Assembly (NCBI RefSeq): GCF_018977255.1
Contig: NW_024704743.1
Location: 109,928,001-109,992,000, forward strand
DNA from: Callorhinchus milii
Lineage: Eukaryota
Direction: 5' to 3'
DNA: 64,000 nt
A program made the position numbers and the translations under genes. How positions within the stretch are numbered: position 1 is the first letter of the stretch; the number at the start of each line of letters is the position of its first letter. This document shows, one piece after another, positions 36,947 to 48,765 of this stretch. Under the pieces are notes generated by a model. It was not told the origin of the DNA. It was given only the letters and a program-made list of their open reading frames with translations, and ran no database searches.

Positions 36947-39477
36947 AGTTCTGGTAGACGAGAGGAGGGGTTGGAATGGTCGCTGTGATGTGAACGGAAA
37001 AACTGTGAAATTAGGGTTTCTGAAACTGCTGGTGATACAGGATCTCGGACTGACTCCACAGATTATTTTTTCAGGCGTATTATTTGATTTATTCAAACGC
37101 TGTGTATAATGAATCGGCGTTAGAAGCAACGACTGGAGATTAAAGTATTAGGAGGGGAGGGGTGGGGGGGGGGGGGGGGGTACAAAGAAAATCTGGTCGC
37201 CTGCCCCCGCATCGCAGTAGATGAGAGAGATCGGGAGATGTTTATATTAACGTGTAAGGGACCAGTGTGTGTGAGATGATGAGACTGTGTTGAACACTGT
37301 GCGCTCAGCTATCCATCGCCTCCACTCCCACCGTTTGCACACACACACACACCCTCCCTCCCTCCCCCCACTCCTCCTCTCCCTCCTCTCCCCTCTCCCC
37401 AAACAAATATTAACAGCAGAGATGTCGAGATCGCACCAACGCACTTGACACGAAATATTCCGACAAGCGCTGTTAAGCGGAGCAGCGTCTCCCATAACAA
37501 ATACCCTTCGAGCCAAGTCGTGTAAGACAGACTGCAGAGCAAAAGCCTCAGCTCCCTGACAGCGGGCACCGGGAGAGGCGCTTCGGTGAAACTGCCAGCG
37601 ATTTCCAGCCACGGGATGTAATGCAGCGCAGAAAGTGGATGGTAGAAAAGCCTCTTCGCTTTGGATGTGTGAGATCAGCTGCTTTGCTTTGCTTTGCTAA
37701 CTCGATTTCCCCTTTCCTTCTGGTGACTCTGATTCTCGCTGTCTCTTCCCTCCCCCTCTCCCCCTCTCTCTCTTTCCCTCTCTTGCTCCCCATCCGTCCA
37801 CCACGCCCGGTGGTGTAAGAGCTTGTGAAAGCCTGACCTCACTGAAGTTGATGTTGGTTTACACAGCTCGGCTTCAGTAGGTGGGGAACCAAGAGGCGAG
37901 AAGGAGGATTCTCGGAGTATTTTCTCAAGATACTTCCACCAGATCTGCCTCCACTCACTCACCCACCCATCCATCCCTCCCTCCCTCCATCCTGCTGTTG
38001 CTGTTGTATCGCTTCTCACACCAGAGATGCTTTAGACCGAGCAATCGCCTCCCTGTAACCCAGGGATAACTTCCAAGCTGTTGTTAATCGGATCTAACTC
38101 GCACTTTGTTTCAACCAACCAACCAACCAACCTCCTCAACTGGAACTGGCTGCTTTCTATTGCCCATTTCGTTCCACCCTCTCCCTGCTCCTCTCCCCTC
38201 CTCTATTTCTCTCTCTCTCACTCCTCGCCCCCTCCTTCCCTCCCTCCCTCCCTCCACCCATCCATCCATCCCTTCTCTTGAGGCCATTGTGTGTAAATCC
38301 CCTCCACCCCCTCACAGTTCCTATCTATGATCTTCGCTGTGCCGCTGCCCACTGTTATAAATGTGGAAGTCGGGAGAGATGGGGAAAGTGGGAAAGGTAT
38401 CTTGCAAACTTTGAGGTAAGGGCGACGTTTGCAATGTTTACGAAACTCCCCGATTGTACAAATGTATTTTAATTGCCCTCCACCGCCCCCTCTCCTCCTC
38501 CCCCTCTCCACCCCCACCCCCCAAAAAAAAGAGAAATTCTTAAAATTGTTATTAAATACTTCGTAAAAGCAAAGTGCATCCGCTGTCTGCGTTGGAGAGA
38601 GTGGAAGTGGGGAGTTGTGTTGAAATGCACATATAATCATCCTTGCATTTGATACAGCGCCTTCGACGTGTCAAAGTGCTTCACAGAATATATTGCAAAG
38701 AGGATTATTGCCTGGATATTTACAAAGCACCCAGACTGGGATTGATACAGTTCAATCCAACTCGTGGGGAAAACGCTGTTGCTGGTTAATGCCTCTCGGG
38801 CAAAATTGGGACGTCGGGGGTAAATGTGTGCAGTGTTTCAGACCCACCTCTCTGAGCAACACAAATGCATCTGATCGTAAGCTCATACCTCTGGATGCTG
38901 TCATGGGGGGAACGGGCGATGCTGATCCCTGGGAGATTGGCACTGAGTTTGTCTTTGGATGTCGGATTTGGTCTGGGACGGTGGAGAGGCTGGAGATGGG
39001 GTGGGTGGGTGGGTGGGGGGGGGGCAGTGTGAACTCTCAGTGGGCATCCAACAGGGCAAACGGGTGGGGAGGGGGGGGGGGGGGTACAGTGGGGAGGCGT
39101 TGCACATTGCAATGCACACAGAGAGCTGCCGATATCAATGCACTATCATAGTGCTGTGTATCAATGTAAATTCTTGTTGCCCATTAACCTCTAAACTGAA
39201 CCCAGAAACGCTGGGTGTCGGATTGAAATGAGACAGCGCCAGAACAACGAGCTGAGCGTGTGCACGTACTGTGTGTAAATGTATACAGATATTTATTGGG
39301 TGTTTTTTTTTTGTCAAGCAAACTGCCCGTTCTCTACGCTGTTCTGCTTTTTTTTTCTTTTATTCTGTTTTGATGTCTGAACTGCCTTTGGTCTTGAACC
39401 GTTCCGCTGTTTAACGAGCGCCACGATCCTGTCTGTGGGCACGTCGCTGTCATGTTATTTCTTTAAGTTAGTTGGGT

Positions 39478-39936
39478 TTCTCTCTCTCTCTCTCCCTCCC
39501 TCCCCTCCCTCTCTCCCTCCCTCCCTATCTCTCTCTCTCTCTCCCTCCCTCCCTATCTCTCTCTCTCTCCCTCCCTTCCCTCTCTGTGTCTCTCTCTCTC
39601 TCCCTCCCTCCCTGTCTCTCTCTCCCTCCCTCCCTCTCTGTGTCTCTCTCTCCCTCCTCCCTACCCCTCTCTCTCTCTCCCTCCTCCTTCCCTCCCTGTC
39701 TCTCTCTCTCCCTCCCTTCCCTCTCTGTGTCTCTCTCTCCCTCCCTTCCCTACCCCTCTCTCTCTCTCCCTCCCTCCCTTCCCTCCCTGTCTCTCTCTCT
39801 CCCTCCCTTCCCTCTCTGTGTCTCTCTCTCCTTCCCTCCCTCTCTCTCTCTCTCTCCCTCCTTCCCTTCCCTCCCTGTCTCTCTCTCCCTCCCTCCCTCC
39901 CTCCCCTCTCTCTCTCTCTCTCTCTGTGTCTGTCTC
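39478..39936. repeat. Polypyrimidine/polypurine (CT/CCCT) tract, ~460 bp
   Basis: Visible directly in the sequence. Confidence 0.95.
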
Positions 39937-40338
39937 CAAATCTGCTCCGAAACAACCAATGGATCCAGCGCCCGGAGGGTTAAAAAAACACACACACAGA
40001 CACACACACACACGTCCGGTGTCGGTTCGCTGATGGAAACACCATCGACTCTTCCCCAACAAATTTCCCTGACACCTGTCTGTAAACGTGGGCGTCCCAT
40101 CTGTGCGCGACGATCATCCGTTTGAATAGCAAAGCAGTCAGTCAGTCCCTCTCTCCCAGAGTCCAGGCGAACCTTTATTGGGAGCAGATTTGTTCCATTC
40201 CTTTGCAAACTTTTTTTTTTGCCCCCCACCCCCCCCCCCAAAAAAAAATCGAGCAAGTTGCGCCTGTACCTGGGTGTTGGAATTATCTGTTTCTTGACTC
40301 TGTTTATTTCGGAATTTATAATAAATGGACGGATAATA

Positions 40339-40606
<268 letters not shown>

Positions 40607-41129
40607 CTAGGTGGGATCCCCCCCACACACCCCCTTTGCCACCCGACTCGCTCTTAAGCGCAAGAACTGCGCCAGACGGGCGAGACTCGTTGCTGCTGTT
40701 TGTGTTGAAACGAAATAAACGGGAATAAGTATAACGTGGGTGAGAGGGAGAGCAACTCAACATGTTATCCTGAGCCCAGGAATCCCCCCCTCTCCCTCGT
40801 GTGTGCTTAAGAGGAGATTATATCAGAGGGTGGGGGAGGGGGGGGGGGGGGTGGGGGGTGCTGTGCTTGTGGCTGTATAAACTGGGCAGAGGATTACTTG
40901 GTTGCCTGGATGGCGAGCTGCAGTGCTGCTGCCTGTGCCCACCCGCTGCTGTGAGCAGATCTCTGGCGCAGTGGGAAGCGAAGCGGCGCCGAATGGGAAC
41001 CTGTGCATTTAAAGCCTTGTTTCGCGTCTCTCTGGACCGCGCCACGAGGTGTCTGATAGACAGGTCAGTGCAGTGCAGTCAGCGCCCACCCGCCCGGACA
41101 GAGCTGTGAACTAATCATACACATCTGTA

Positions 41130-41164
<35 letters not shown>

Positions 41165-41466
41165 AGCTGGAGGCAGCTTTCGGTGCTCAACCTGAGTGAG
41201 AGGTGGTCGATTCCGACAGATCAGCACCACTAACCGCAGGAGAATCGTTCACAATGACACTGGATACGAGAGGAGGGAGAGATAGAGAGGGGGTTATCTG
41301 ATAAGGATGGATGTTATACGGTCTTTGGATTTTTAAACGTAAATTTTGTGGGGGGGGGGGGGGGGTGGGGGGTGCGAGCAGCAGCGACTGGTTACTACAG
41401 TACAAATAACCAAACAATCCTACAGAGATACAGACAAGATTGGGAGATGCATTGATTTAGTTGAGC

Positions 41467-41695
41467 GGGGAGGGGAGCAGGGAGCTCAGGGGAGGGGAGC
41501 AGGGAGCTCAGGGGAGGGGAGCAGGGAGCTCAGGGGAGGGGAGCAGGGAGCTCAGGGGAGGGGAGCAGGGAGCTCAGGGGAGGGGAGCAGGGAGCTCAGG
41601 GGAGGGGAGCAGGGAGCTCAGGGGAGGGGAGCAGGGAGCTCAGGGGAGGGGAGCAGGGAGCTCAGGGGAGGGGAGCAGGGAGCTCAGGGGAGGGG
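41467..41695. repeat. Perfect 22-bp minisatellite GGGGAGGGGAGCAGGGAGCTCA x 10.4
   Basis: Identical units; the translation repeats every 22 aa (3 units). Confidence 0.97.
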
Positions 41696-43572
41696 CGAGG
41701 GGGCGATTTCACTGTGTACTGCACAGAGTATTAATCATTTGACACCGTTTTATCGGACGCAAAACTGCTACCCCACCCAGGGTATGTGTGCATTTGTGAA
41801 GGGGGGGTGGAAGAGATCCACAAGACCACAGACATCCACCCCACCATCCTCCCCTGTCTCTCCAAAAGAGAAAATACTTCCTTCCAGCCTGGCACATAGC
41901 AGGAGTCTGAATTCTCGGTGCTGAGCATTGAGAAAGCATATATGTATGTATGTATTGTATGTAACTGCCCCCACACCGTACTGTCAGGGAGGGAAAAGCA
42001 GCCTCTCAAGTGGGAAGCGGTGAGCTGACAAAATGCGTTGCTGATTCGCTGACAAGCGAATCTCTGGGCACACTAGCATCGGCTGCACGACAGCACCCAA
42101 CTCTTGGTGTGTTTTATTTTTGGTTTAAGGCTAAACTCACTCTCCCAGCTCCGGTAAGGTTATGTACCGTTTCATCACCGTCCTATATTTGGTCCCATTC
42201 ACTGTGTGAATGTTGGCAATGTGCAATGTGCGAAGGGGGGCAGGAGAGAGGGGAGAGAAAGGAGGGAGAGAAAGGAGGGGGCGGTAGAGAAAGGGAGGGG
42301 GGGGAGAAAGGAGGGGGAAGAGGATGATAAAGAGAGGGGGAGAGAAAAAGAAAGTGGGAAGGGAAGGAGAGAAAAGGGGGAAAAGAGAAACAAAGGTGGA
42401 AAACAGCAACAGGTTGGAAGACGTGATGGCGAGTGTGTGTGTTTGAGAAGCAGCCATCAACGGGTTAATGTTTCTTGGCTTGCTACACATTAAATCAGAG
42501 AGAGGGAAACACACACACACAGACACACTCATTCGAAGGAGACGCACATTTATGGCACCAGTATAAGCCGCACTGTCACGGGATATACAGAGGGACAAAG
42601 ATCGTTTATTTTTTGGGGGCACATCAGCCTCGGAAAAAAAAAGATCAGTTTTGCAAGAACGAAACTCGGATGGATCTTCCCTGCGTTTCTGTACCTTTTC
42701 GGGAAATAAACACCAAAGGATAACGACTCTCGCATTTGATGCTGCGCTTCCCATTGTAATTGCTGCCAAGTGTAGTGACTGTGTATTTGTAGGCGAATTG
42801 GTTGGGAAGCGTTGGGACAGTTTAAGGAGGTTTTGTTTTGGTGGTGGTGGTGTGTGTGTGTGTGTTTGAGAGAGGGGGAGGAGGGTAGAAGAAAAAAAAC
42901 ACCGCTCTTGACAAATTCTGAAGGTACAATGTCAGGTTTAACCCTTTAGTGCCCAGGAGAGGCTGAGTCCGCGTTGAAATGGTGCAGGAACTCACTGCGC
43001 TATAACACCGGTCCAGGCGCCGCTCCCGATGAGATGCAGCTGCAAACTGGACTTTACCATAAACCACGAGGAACCAGGAGGCAGCGAACTGGGCTTTGAC
43101 TCTCTCCGAATAAGTCGCCGTTAACTCTTCCCCCTCCTCGGTGCTCCCAACGTCATTGTGAAATGTTTTCCAATCCAAAGGTTTGCTTTGCGAGAGAGTC
43201 AAAACGTAGGGATGCAACTTGGCTCAGACCCCCACCCGGTGCTGTCAGTCGCTGCTCTCTCTTGTGCAGAGGTTATTCAATCCCTCGGGAAGAGATTTAA
43301 TAGAGCGGCGCGCAAGAGAAAATAAGATCAAACTGCAACTGTCACAGTTGGGGAGGGGGTAATCCGACCAGAAACAACGAGCAGAGAGAGGGAGACAGCG
43401 TGCGAGGTGGATCTGCCCGTTAGTTAGCATCAGCAACCACATTCTTTGAGTTTTGCGACCAGTTGCCTTACTCCATTCATTTGATGAACGATTTTTTTCT
43501 TGTGTGTGGGGATGTGCTTCTTACCCACGGTGTTTGCTGCAGATGTATCTTGATTGCATCCAATTGGAGATA

Positions 43573-43611
<39 letters not shown>

Positions 43612-44339
43612 AAGAACATTTTATTTAAGAAGAAACGAGTACTGTCAGTGCAGGCGATGCATCAACCGAGAAACAATGAGCCAACCCACATCTTCGATAT
43701 GCACCACACGTGCGGATAAAGTTAGAAATAATTCGCTGAACAGTATTTGTATGACCGAAAGAAAGTCTTCTTCGGGATCATAATATAAAGATATACGTAA
43801 TTAAAACTTGCGACAAAAATGTTGCAAAGATAGACTTGTGTATAGATAATAGAGTATATACGACGTTTGTTTAAATAGCTTTTTTTTATCAGGAGAAGCA
43901 ACGATCTGTGCGTGAGATATGTTTAAAATCTGACTATTTAAATCGTTCCGATTTGAATTGCTGGTAAATTGCCATTAACATCTAAACGCCCGGGAATTGA
44001 CAGACGTGACATTTTAAATGCATAGCATTTGAAAATAGAGGTTGAAGAAAGAGACCTCAATCTATTTAATACAGTAATAATAAATCCTCGCCTTTGATTA
44101 CCACGGACGTTGAAGCAAACACTTCAAAGGCGCAGGATTAGAAGTGCAGTGCTGCGAAGTGTAGTGACTGTGCGTCTGTCAGCCAATTTGCAGCATGCAA
44201 TTTTGCTCCTGCGGTGTGTGTGTGTGTGTTTTGGGGGGGTGGAGGGAGGGGGGAAAGGGGGTGGGGGGGAGGAGGGGGAAAGGTTACCAGAAACATTTAC
44301 AGGATGGTTTTCTTTTGGTTTTTGTTAAATCATTTCCAG

Positions 44340-44502
44340 GAAAGAGATGTTGCCACAGGGGGGAGCGCGAGGACAGAGCTACATCCAGTAGATTGAGATC
44401 AGCCTCCGGCTTCCCTTTCCTCCCAACTCTGGATCCTGTTATGTCCAAGGTCTGGGCTCTTGCTGCTGTTTCCTTCGCGTTGCTTGGGACGACTGACCTA
44501 GG
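44340..44502 (+). other. ADGRB1: 5' UTR part of the ADGRB1 first coding exon
   Basis: Pyrimidine-rich tract and TTTCCAG|G acceptor at 44339/44340. Confidence 0.65.
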
Positions 44503-44506
44503 ATGA
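44441..44506 (+). promoter_or_regulatory. Upstream ORF (21 aa, MSKVWALAAVSFALLGTTDLG) whose TGA overlaps the ADGRB1 ATG
   Basis: ATG at 44441 with G at -3; stop TGA at 44504-44506 within GGATGA. A second uORF lies at 44347-44391 (14 aa). Confidence 0.6.
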
Positions 44507-45250
44507 GGATCAGTGTAAACGCGGTGATCCTGATATTCACCACTCTCCTGTGGACTGCCGACGCCTTCGACATCGGGCAAAGCCCCTGCACCACTCTGGT
44601 CCAGGGGAAACTATTCGGCTACTTCGCCTCTTCGGTCGTCTTCCCCTCCAACCACTCCGCCGCCTGCTCGTGGATTATCCAGAACCCGGACCCCAGGAGA
44701 TACACCCTGTACATGAAAGTGGCCAAGAACGGCCACGCCTGCGACCGGCACCTGGTCCGCACTTCCCAGTTCGACTCCTTCCTGGAGAGCACCCGCACCT
44801 ACCTGGGGATGGAGAGCTTCGACGAGGTCCTGAAGCTGTGCGACACCTCCACTCGCTACGCCTTCCTGCAGTCCAACAAGCAGTACCTGCAAATGAAGCA
44901 GAGCGCCCCGGCGCCCGGCGGCGGCGTGGCCAGGGGCAGGGGCAGGGGGGGCAACCGAGCCAAGGATCGGGAGTTCTCTGCGGAATATCTGGTGGTGGGG
45001 AACAGGAACCCCAGCAAAGGAGCCTGTCAGATGCTCTGCAAGTGGCTGGAGACCTGCCTGGCCATCAGCACCAGCTCCCGACCCTGCGGCATCATGCAGA
45101 CCCCTTGCTTCTGCTTGGCCGGGGAGGTCGTGGATCAGTCCACTGAGATGTTGGGGCTAAACAAAAAGGGAGACAGGTGTTGGAAAGGGAGCACTTATTT
45201 GGAGAATTGCATTGAGAGCCCGAAGGAAAACACTAATGCGGAATTCCCTG
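44503..45250 (+). CDS. ADGRB1: Adhesion G protein-coupled receptor B1 (BAI1), first coding exon: signal peptide and N-terminal CUB-like domain
   Basis: CTTLVQGKLFGYF, NPDPRRYTLYMKVAK, QFDSFLESTRTYLGMESFDEVLKLC, EYLVVGNRNPS...CQMLCKWL and PCGIMQTPC match BAI1 rather than BAI2/BAI3. N-terminus is hydrophobic and third positions are GC-rich. 748 nt end at CTG|GTAAGT (phase 1); the ORF continuation to 45411 is intronic. Confidence 0.96.
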
Positions 45251-47374
45251 GTAAGTGGGTAAACTACTCCATCCCCCCCCACCACCCCACCACCCCACTC
45301 CCTCCCTCCCCTCTCTCTCTCTCTCTCTCTCTCCCCTCTTTCCCCTCACTCCACAACACCCCAAAAATCTTCCTGTTTCCTGACTTCTCCGATGCCTTCG
45401 TTAAGCCTTAAGAGGGCAACACGCCAACAAAAAAAAAAGCATCTCCAGGGTACAGTATACAGTGTGTTAAGTTCAAGTGTTGCGCTCTTTCTTGCTTCTA
45501 TCTGTGAATATTACAAGGGATTGAAGCCCCGTGTTTTTGTCTATCTATGCATATATATTTATTTGGAGTTCACATATATTTTATATATTTGTCTGTGTGT
45601 GTCTTGTGTGCAAAACAGAAGCTCGAGTTGTCCTGGTCATGTTTCTTTACACTTAATCGGTGGCCAGGATACTCATCCTTACATGGACTGAACTGAGCAG
45701 CAATTTCTGATCTGTTGTGGGTTTTTTTTTTTTGGGGGGGGGGGTGTTGTGAAATTGACATGTAAAAATTGATCCGTTGGTCTCTCAGAGACAGAGACAG
45801 AGGAGGGGATAGAGAGAAGAGAGGAGAGAAGTAATTCCGCTTGTAATTGCATGCCAGTAGAAAGATTTCTGGCTGGTGAGAAATCAGAGAAAAAAACCTA
45901 ATCCCTGTCAACATTTACACCAAGTGGTTTTTTTTTTTTTTGGTCCTTTTATAATGGTGCAATTTAATGTAATAAAAAAAATCCGATTCAATCATTATTT
46001 CCTCTCTAACACTGCGTTGCTGGCTTGACTCCGAGCTAAAGCTTGAGATCGCTCCAGTTATTTTAAAAAGGGAAGGGATTTCATTCTTCGGGAAAGACTT
46101 TGTAATATACTTATTGGATATATATATAATTTTTGCAGACTTCCCTGTCTATCGTGATAAAATGGATGGTGACCTGACTTATTGTTGTTTTGGAAGCATA
46201 CCATCATTTTTCTTAAAAAAAACCACATTGGTGTATTTTCAGTCTGTTTTTTTTTTGGATGTTGCTCAGTTGACCCAAGTAGGCAAAATGCCGATTGATC
46301 TTGATTGAAACTAACCTCACAACAAATCGGTGGAAAGTTTACACTGTGGTTTGTCAATGTGCCTGTGAGGTGGGGGGGGGGTGGAAAGAGAAGAAAAGAA
46401 AGTGAGAGTGTAAATAATACTAGCCCGTTTCTGTCCAAGAGTGGCATTCAAGCACAAGGCAAGGGAGAAGAAAGCCTAAGACGAGATGAAGGCAAGGTAT
46501 TGATTGACGTTGCCTTTCATTAATACGGAATACCTTTTATTTTCTGATACAGTGAAATAAAGCTGCAATTGTGTTCTTCCCAGCACTGGCATTTTCTTAT
46601 CCTTATCATTACCGTTTAAGGATTGCTGGCATTTCCCTTTGAGAAGAACGCCTGCATTCAAAGGCAGTTAACCGTGAAAAAATCAAGAGCAGGGAAAGCC
46701 TCAAGCTGTTAGTCATTTTTTTATATTAAAAAAGTAGATGGTTAAATTAAATTGATAAAGTGTTTCATTTCTTTTACTGTGTTCATTTTATAAAAAAAAG
46801 GCTACAATTACATGGCCCTGATGGATGCTGATTGTCATTGTCTTCATAGTGACAAATGGGAGCAGGTGGGAGGTTGGGTTGGTGGGAGAGAGGTTTAATG
46901 CTGTATATATGTTATCAATTTTACTCCATTCTTGAGTGGTGAACGATGCTTAGGGCAAGACGGAGAAGAAAATACTTTATTCTGCTGCAGAAGTTGTCAA
47001 TTGCAGAATGGCTCCCAGCATTTCAGCTTTTGTGTCACCTTGTGTGTGTCTGGCGCTTCTAATTGGCGAGAATGTGCGTGATGACTTGTAAGGGAACAGC
47101 AGTGAACTGGAAATGTATTGCGAGTCTGAATGCAGTTAGGGAGGGGAGGTGGAAATCACTATCTGCAAGAGCAAAGGTTGTGTGGCTTATTTTGTCAATG
47201 GGCTGTATTAATGCCATAAGGTTTTGCTGTATTGCTCTTGTTTTTTACTTGCAATGTTTCAGCATGCTAGCTTTGGACTTGTGCCTCAGGGATGATCACC
47301 AGCTTGAATCCCTGATAGTTGTTTTTTTTTTAAAACGATCAATGGTGAGGTGCACAGCATTTAAGATCTCAAGA

Positions 47375-47620
47375 AAGAACATGCACTTTTTATAGCACCT
47401 AATAACATCCGACCACACTTTCTGTGTTTTTTTGTTTGTGGGTCAATGTGGCAGCCATTCATGTTCTCACGATCCCCCAAGGTGATTGACCAATTCACCT
47501 AGAGAATTGTTGGCCAGGACGCTGGGGAGAAATTCCTTTTTCTTGTCAAATGCTATTGTGGGATTCTTTTTTAATGTCTAGATTAAAAACCAGGCAGATG
47601 AGACCTGGTCTCTTTCAGAG
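47375..47620 (-). mobile_element. Degenerate Deu-SINE
   Basis: TTGTTGGCCAGGAC...GGCAGATGAGACC. Confidence 0.55.
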
Positions 47621-48304
47621 GACAGAGGCTTTGACTTTCAGGGAATTAGTTCTGGTATGAAAGGACCACTAAACTTTGGAAATATATAGTAGCTGATCCA
47701 TAGAAGACTTTGAGAGCCAAGCGTAGTATGTAATTATGAGGGGCATTTTGGTAAACAAAGATATTTAATCAACGAAGGCACTATAAAGAATATTCTATTA
47801 TATCAGGTAGCAATGGTAAATCATGGTGTGCTTGCTTTTAGAGAAGGTAATACAGATGGATCCTCTATTAGTGAAGAAGCTTTGTGAAGTTGTATCAGTG
47901 ATCATTGGTGTAGCAGAGTATGTGTAATGAGAGGTGATTGTATTTCAGCAATTTTCCCTGAGAAGACATTTCTAGACATCTGACACTTGACTGGAAGCTG
48001 ACTGTGAACACAACAATCCAGCAAAAAGTGAGCCTGTTGAAGACATAAAGATGTAATGATATCGAATGAGCACAGATTTAGCATGGTGCTTAAAAAATGA
48101 TCGCTCTCTGTAATGTATCTTCTGCCCAGATTGGGCTACAAGTACCACTTTCCTTATTGCTTGGAGAGTTACAGGAGCACAAGGTTGAAACTGTGCAAAA
48201 ATGTAATGTGAAACAGGCTGTAATTCTGAAAGGCAGACAGGCAATGCAGTCAATTCATCTATTCACATACTTTACCATAAGCATATAGTCAGATGGCCAT
48301 TATT

Positions 48305-48765
48305 TGTTTTGCCCACAAAATATACAGTCAATTCACTTTATAGTATATTCTGTGAAGCGCTTTGAGACGTCTCGAAGATGTGATAAGGTACTATATCAAA
48401 TGCAAGGATTATTATATATTATAAATTTGTCTCACAGCAAGGTCCTGATCTCAAATTTAAACTGAACCGGTACAGACAGAGACACTCCCTTCATTCAGCA
48501 GGCACCAGCTTGCTTCATGTATCCCGCCCTACTGGCCCCATCGGCGGCGCCCAGGCTTTCAGCCTATCTGCCTCACTCCCTCTCTCACCTCGTTTAAGGT
48601 TCATCTCAAGACCTATCTATTTGACAGTGCTTTTAGTCATGTTTTCTCTACTGCGCCCCCCCGCCCTCCCTCAGCTTCCACTCCCAGCTCAGGTGCCAAG
48701 CCTGAATTGCTGAGAGCCTTGGGAGATTTTCCCAACATGAAAGGTAGTATATAAATGTAAACCTG
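48305..48765 (+). mobile_element. SINE 3' fragment (48305-48415) and old L2 3' end (48490-48765)
   Basis: CCCACAAAATATACAGTCAATTCAC...; LLHVSRPTGPIGGAQAFSLSA. Confidence 0.75.

Noticed and set aside
41346..41924. Gly-rich repetitive 192-aa ORF; also considered as a CRISPR-like array
   Set aside because: It is a 22-bp tandem repeat with no spacers, and the unit length is not a multiple of 3.
44550..45146. 198-aa alternative-frame ORF (and the antisense ORF 44611-44892)
   Set aside because: Expected shadow ORFs of a GC3-rich coding exon; no recognisable protein.
45251..45411. C-terminal 53 aa of the 302-aa ORF
   Set aside because: Lies after a strong GTAAGT donor and is low-complexity intron sequence.
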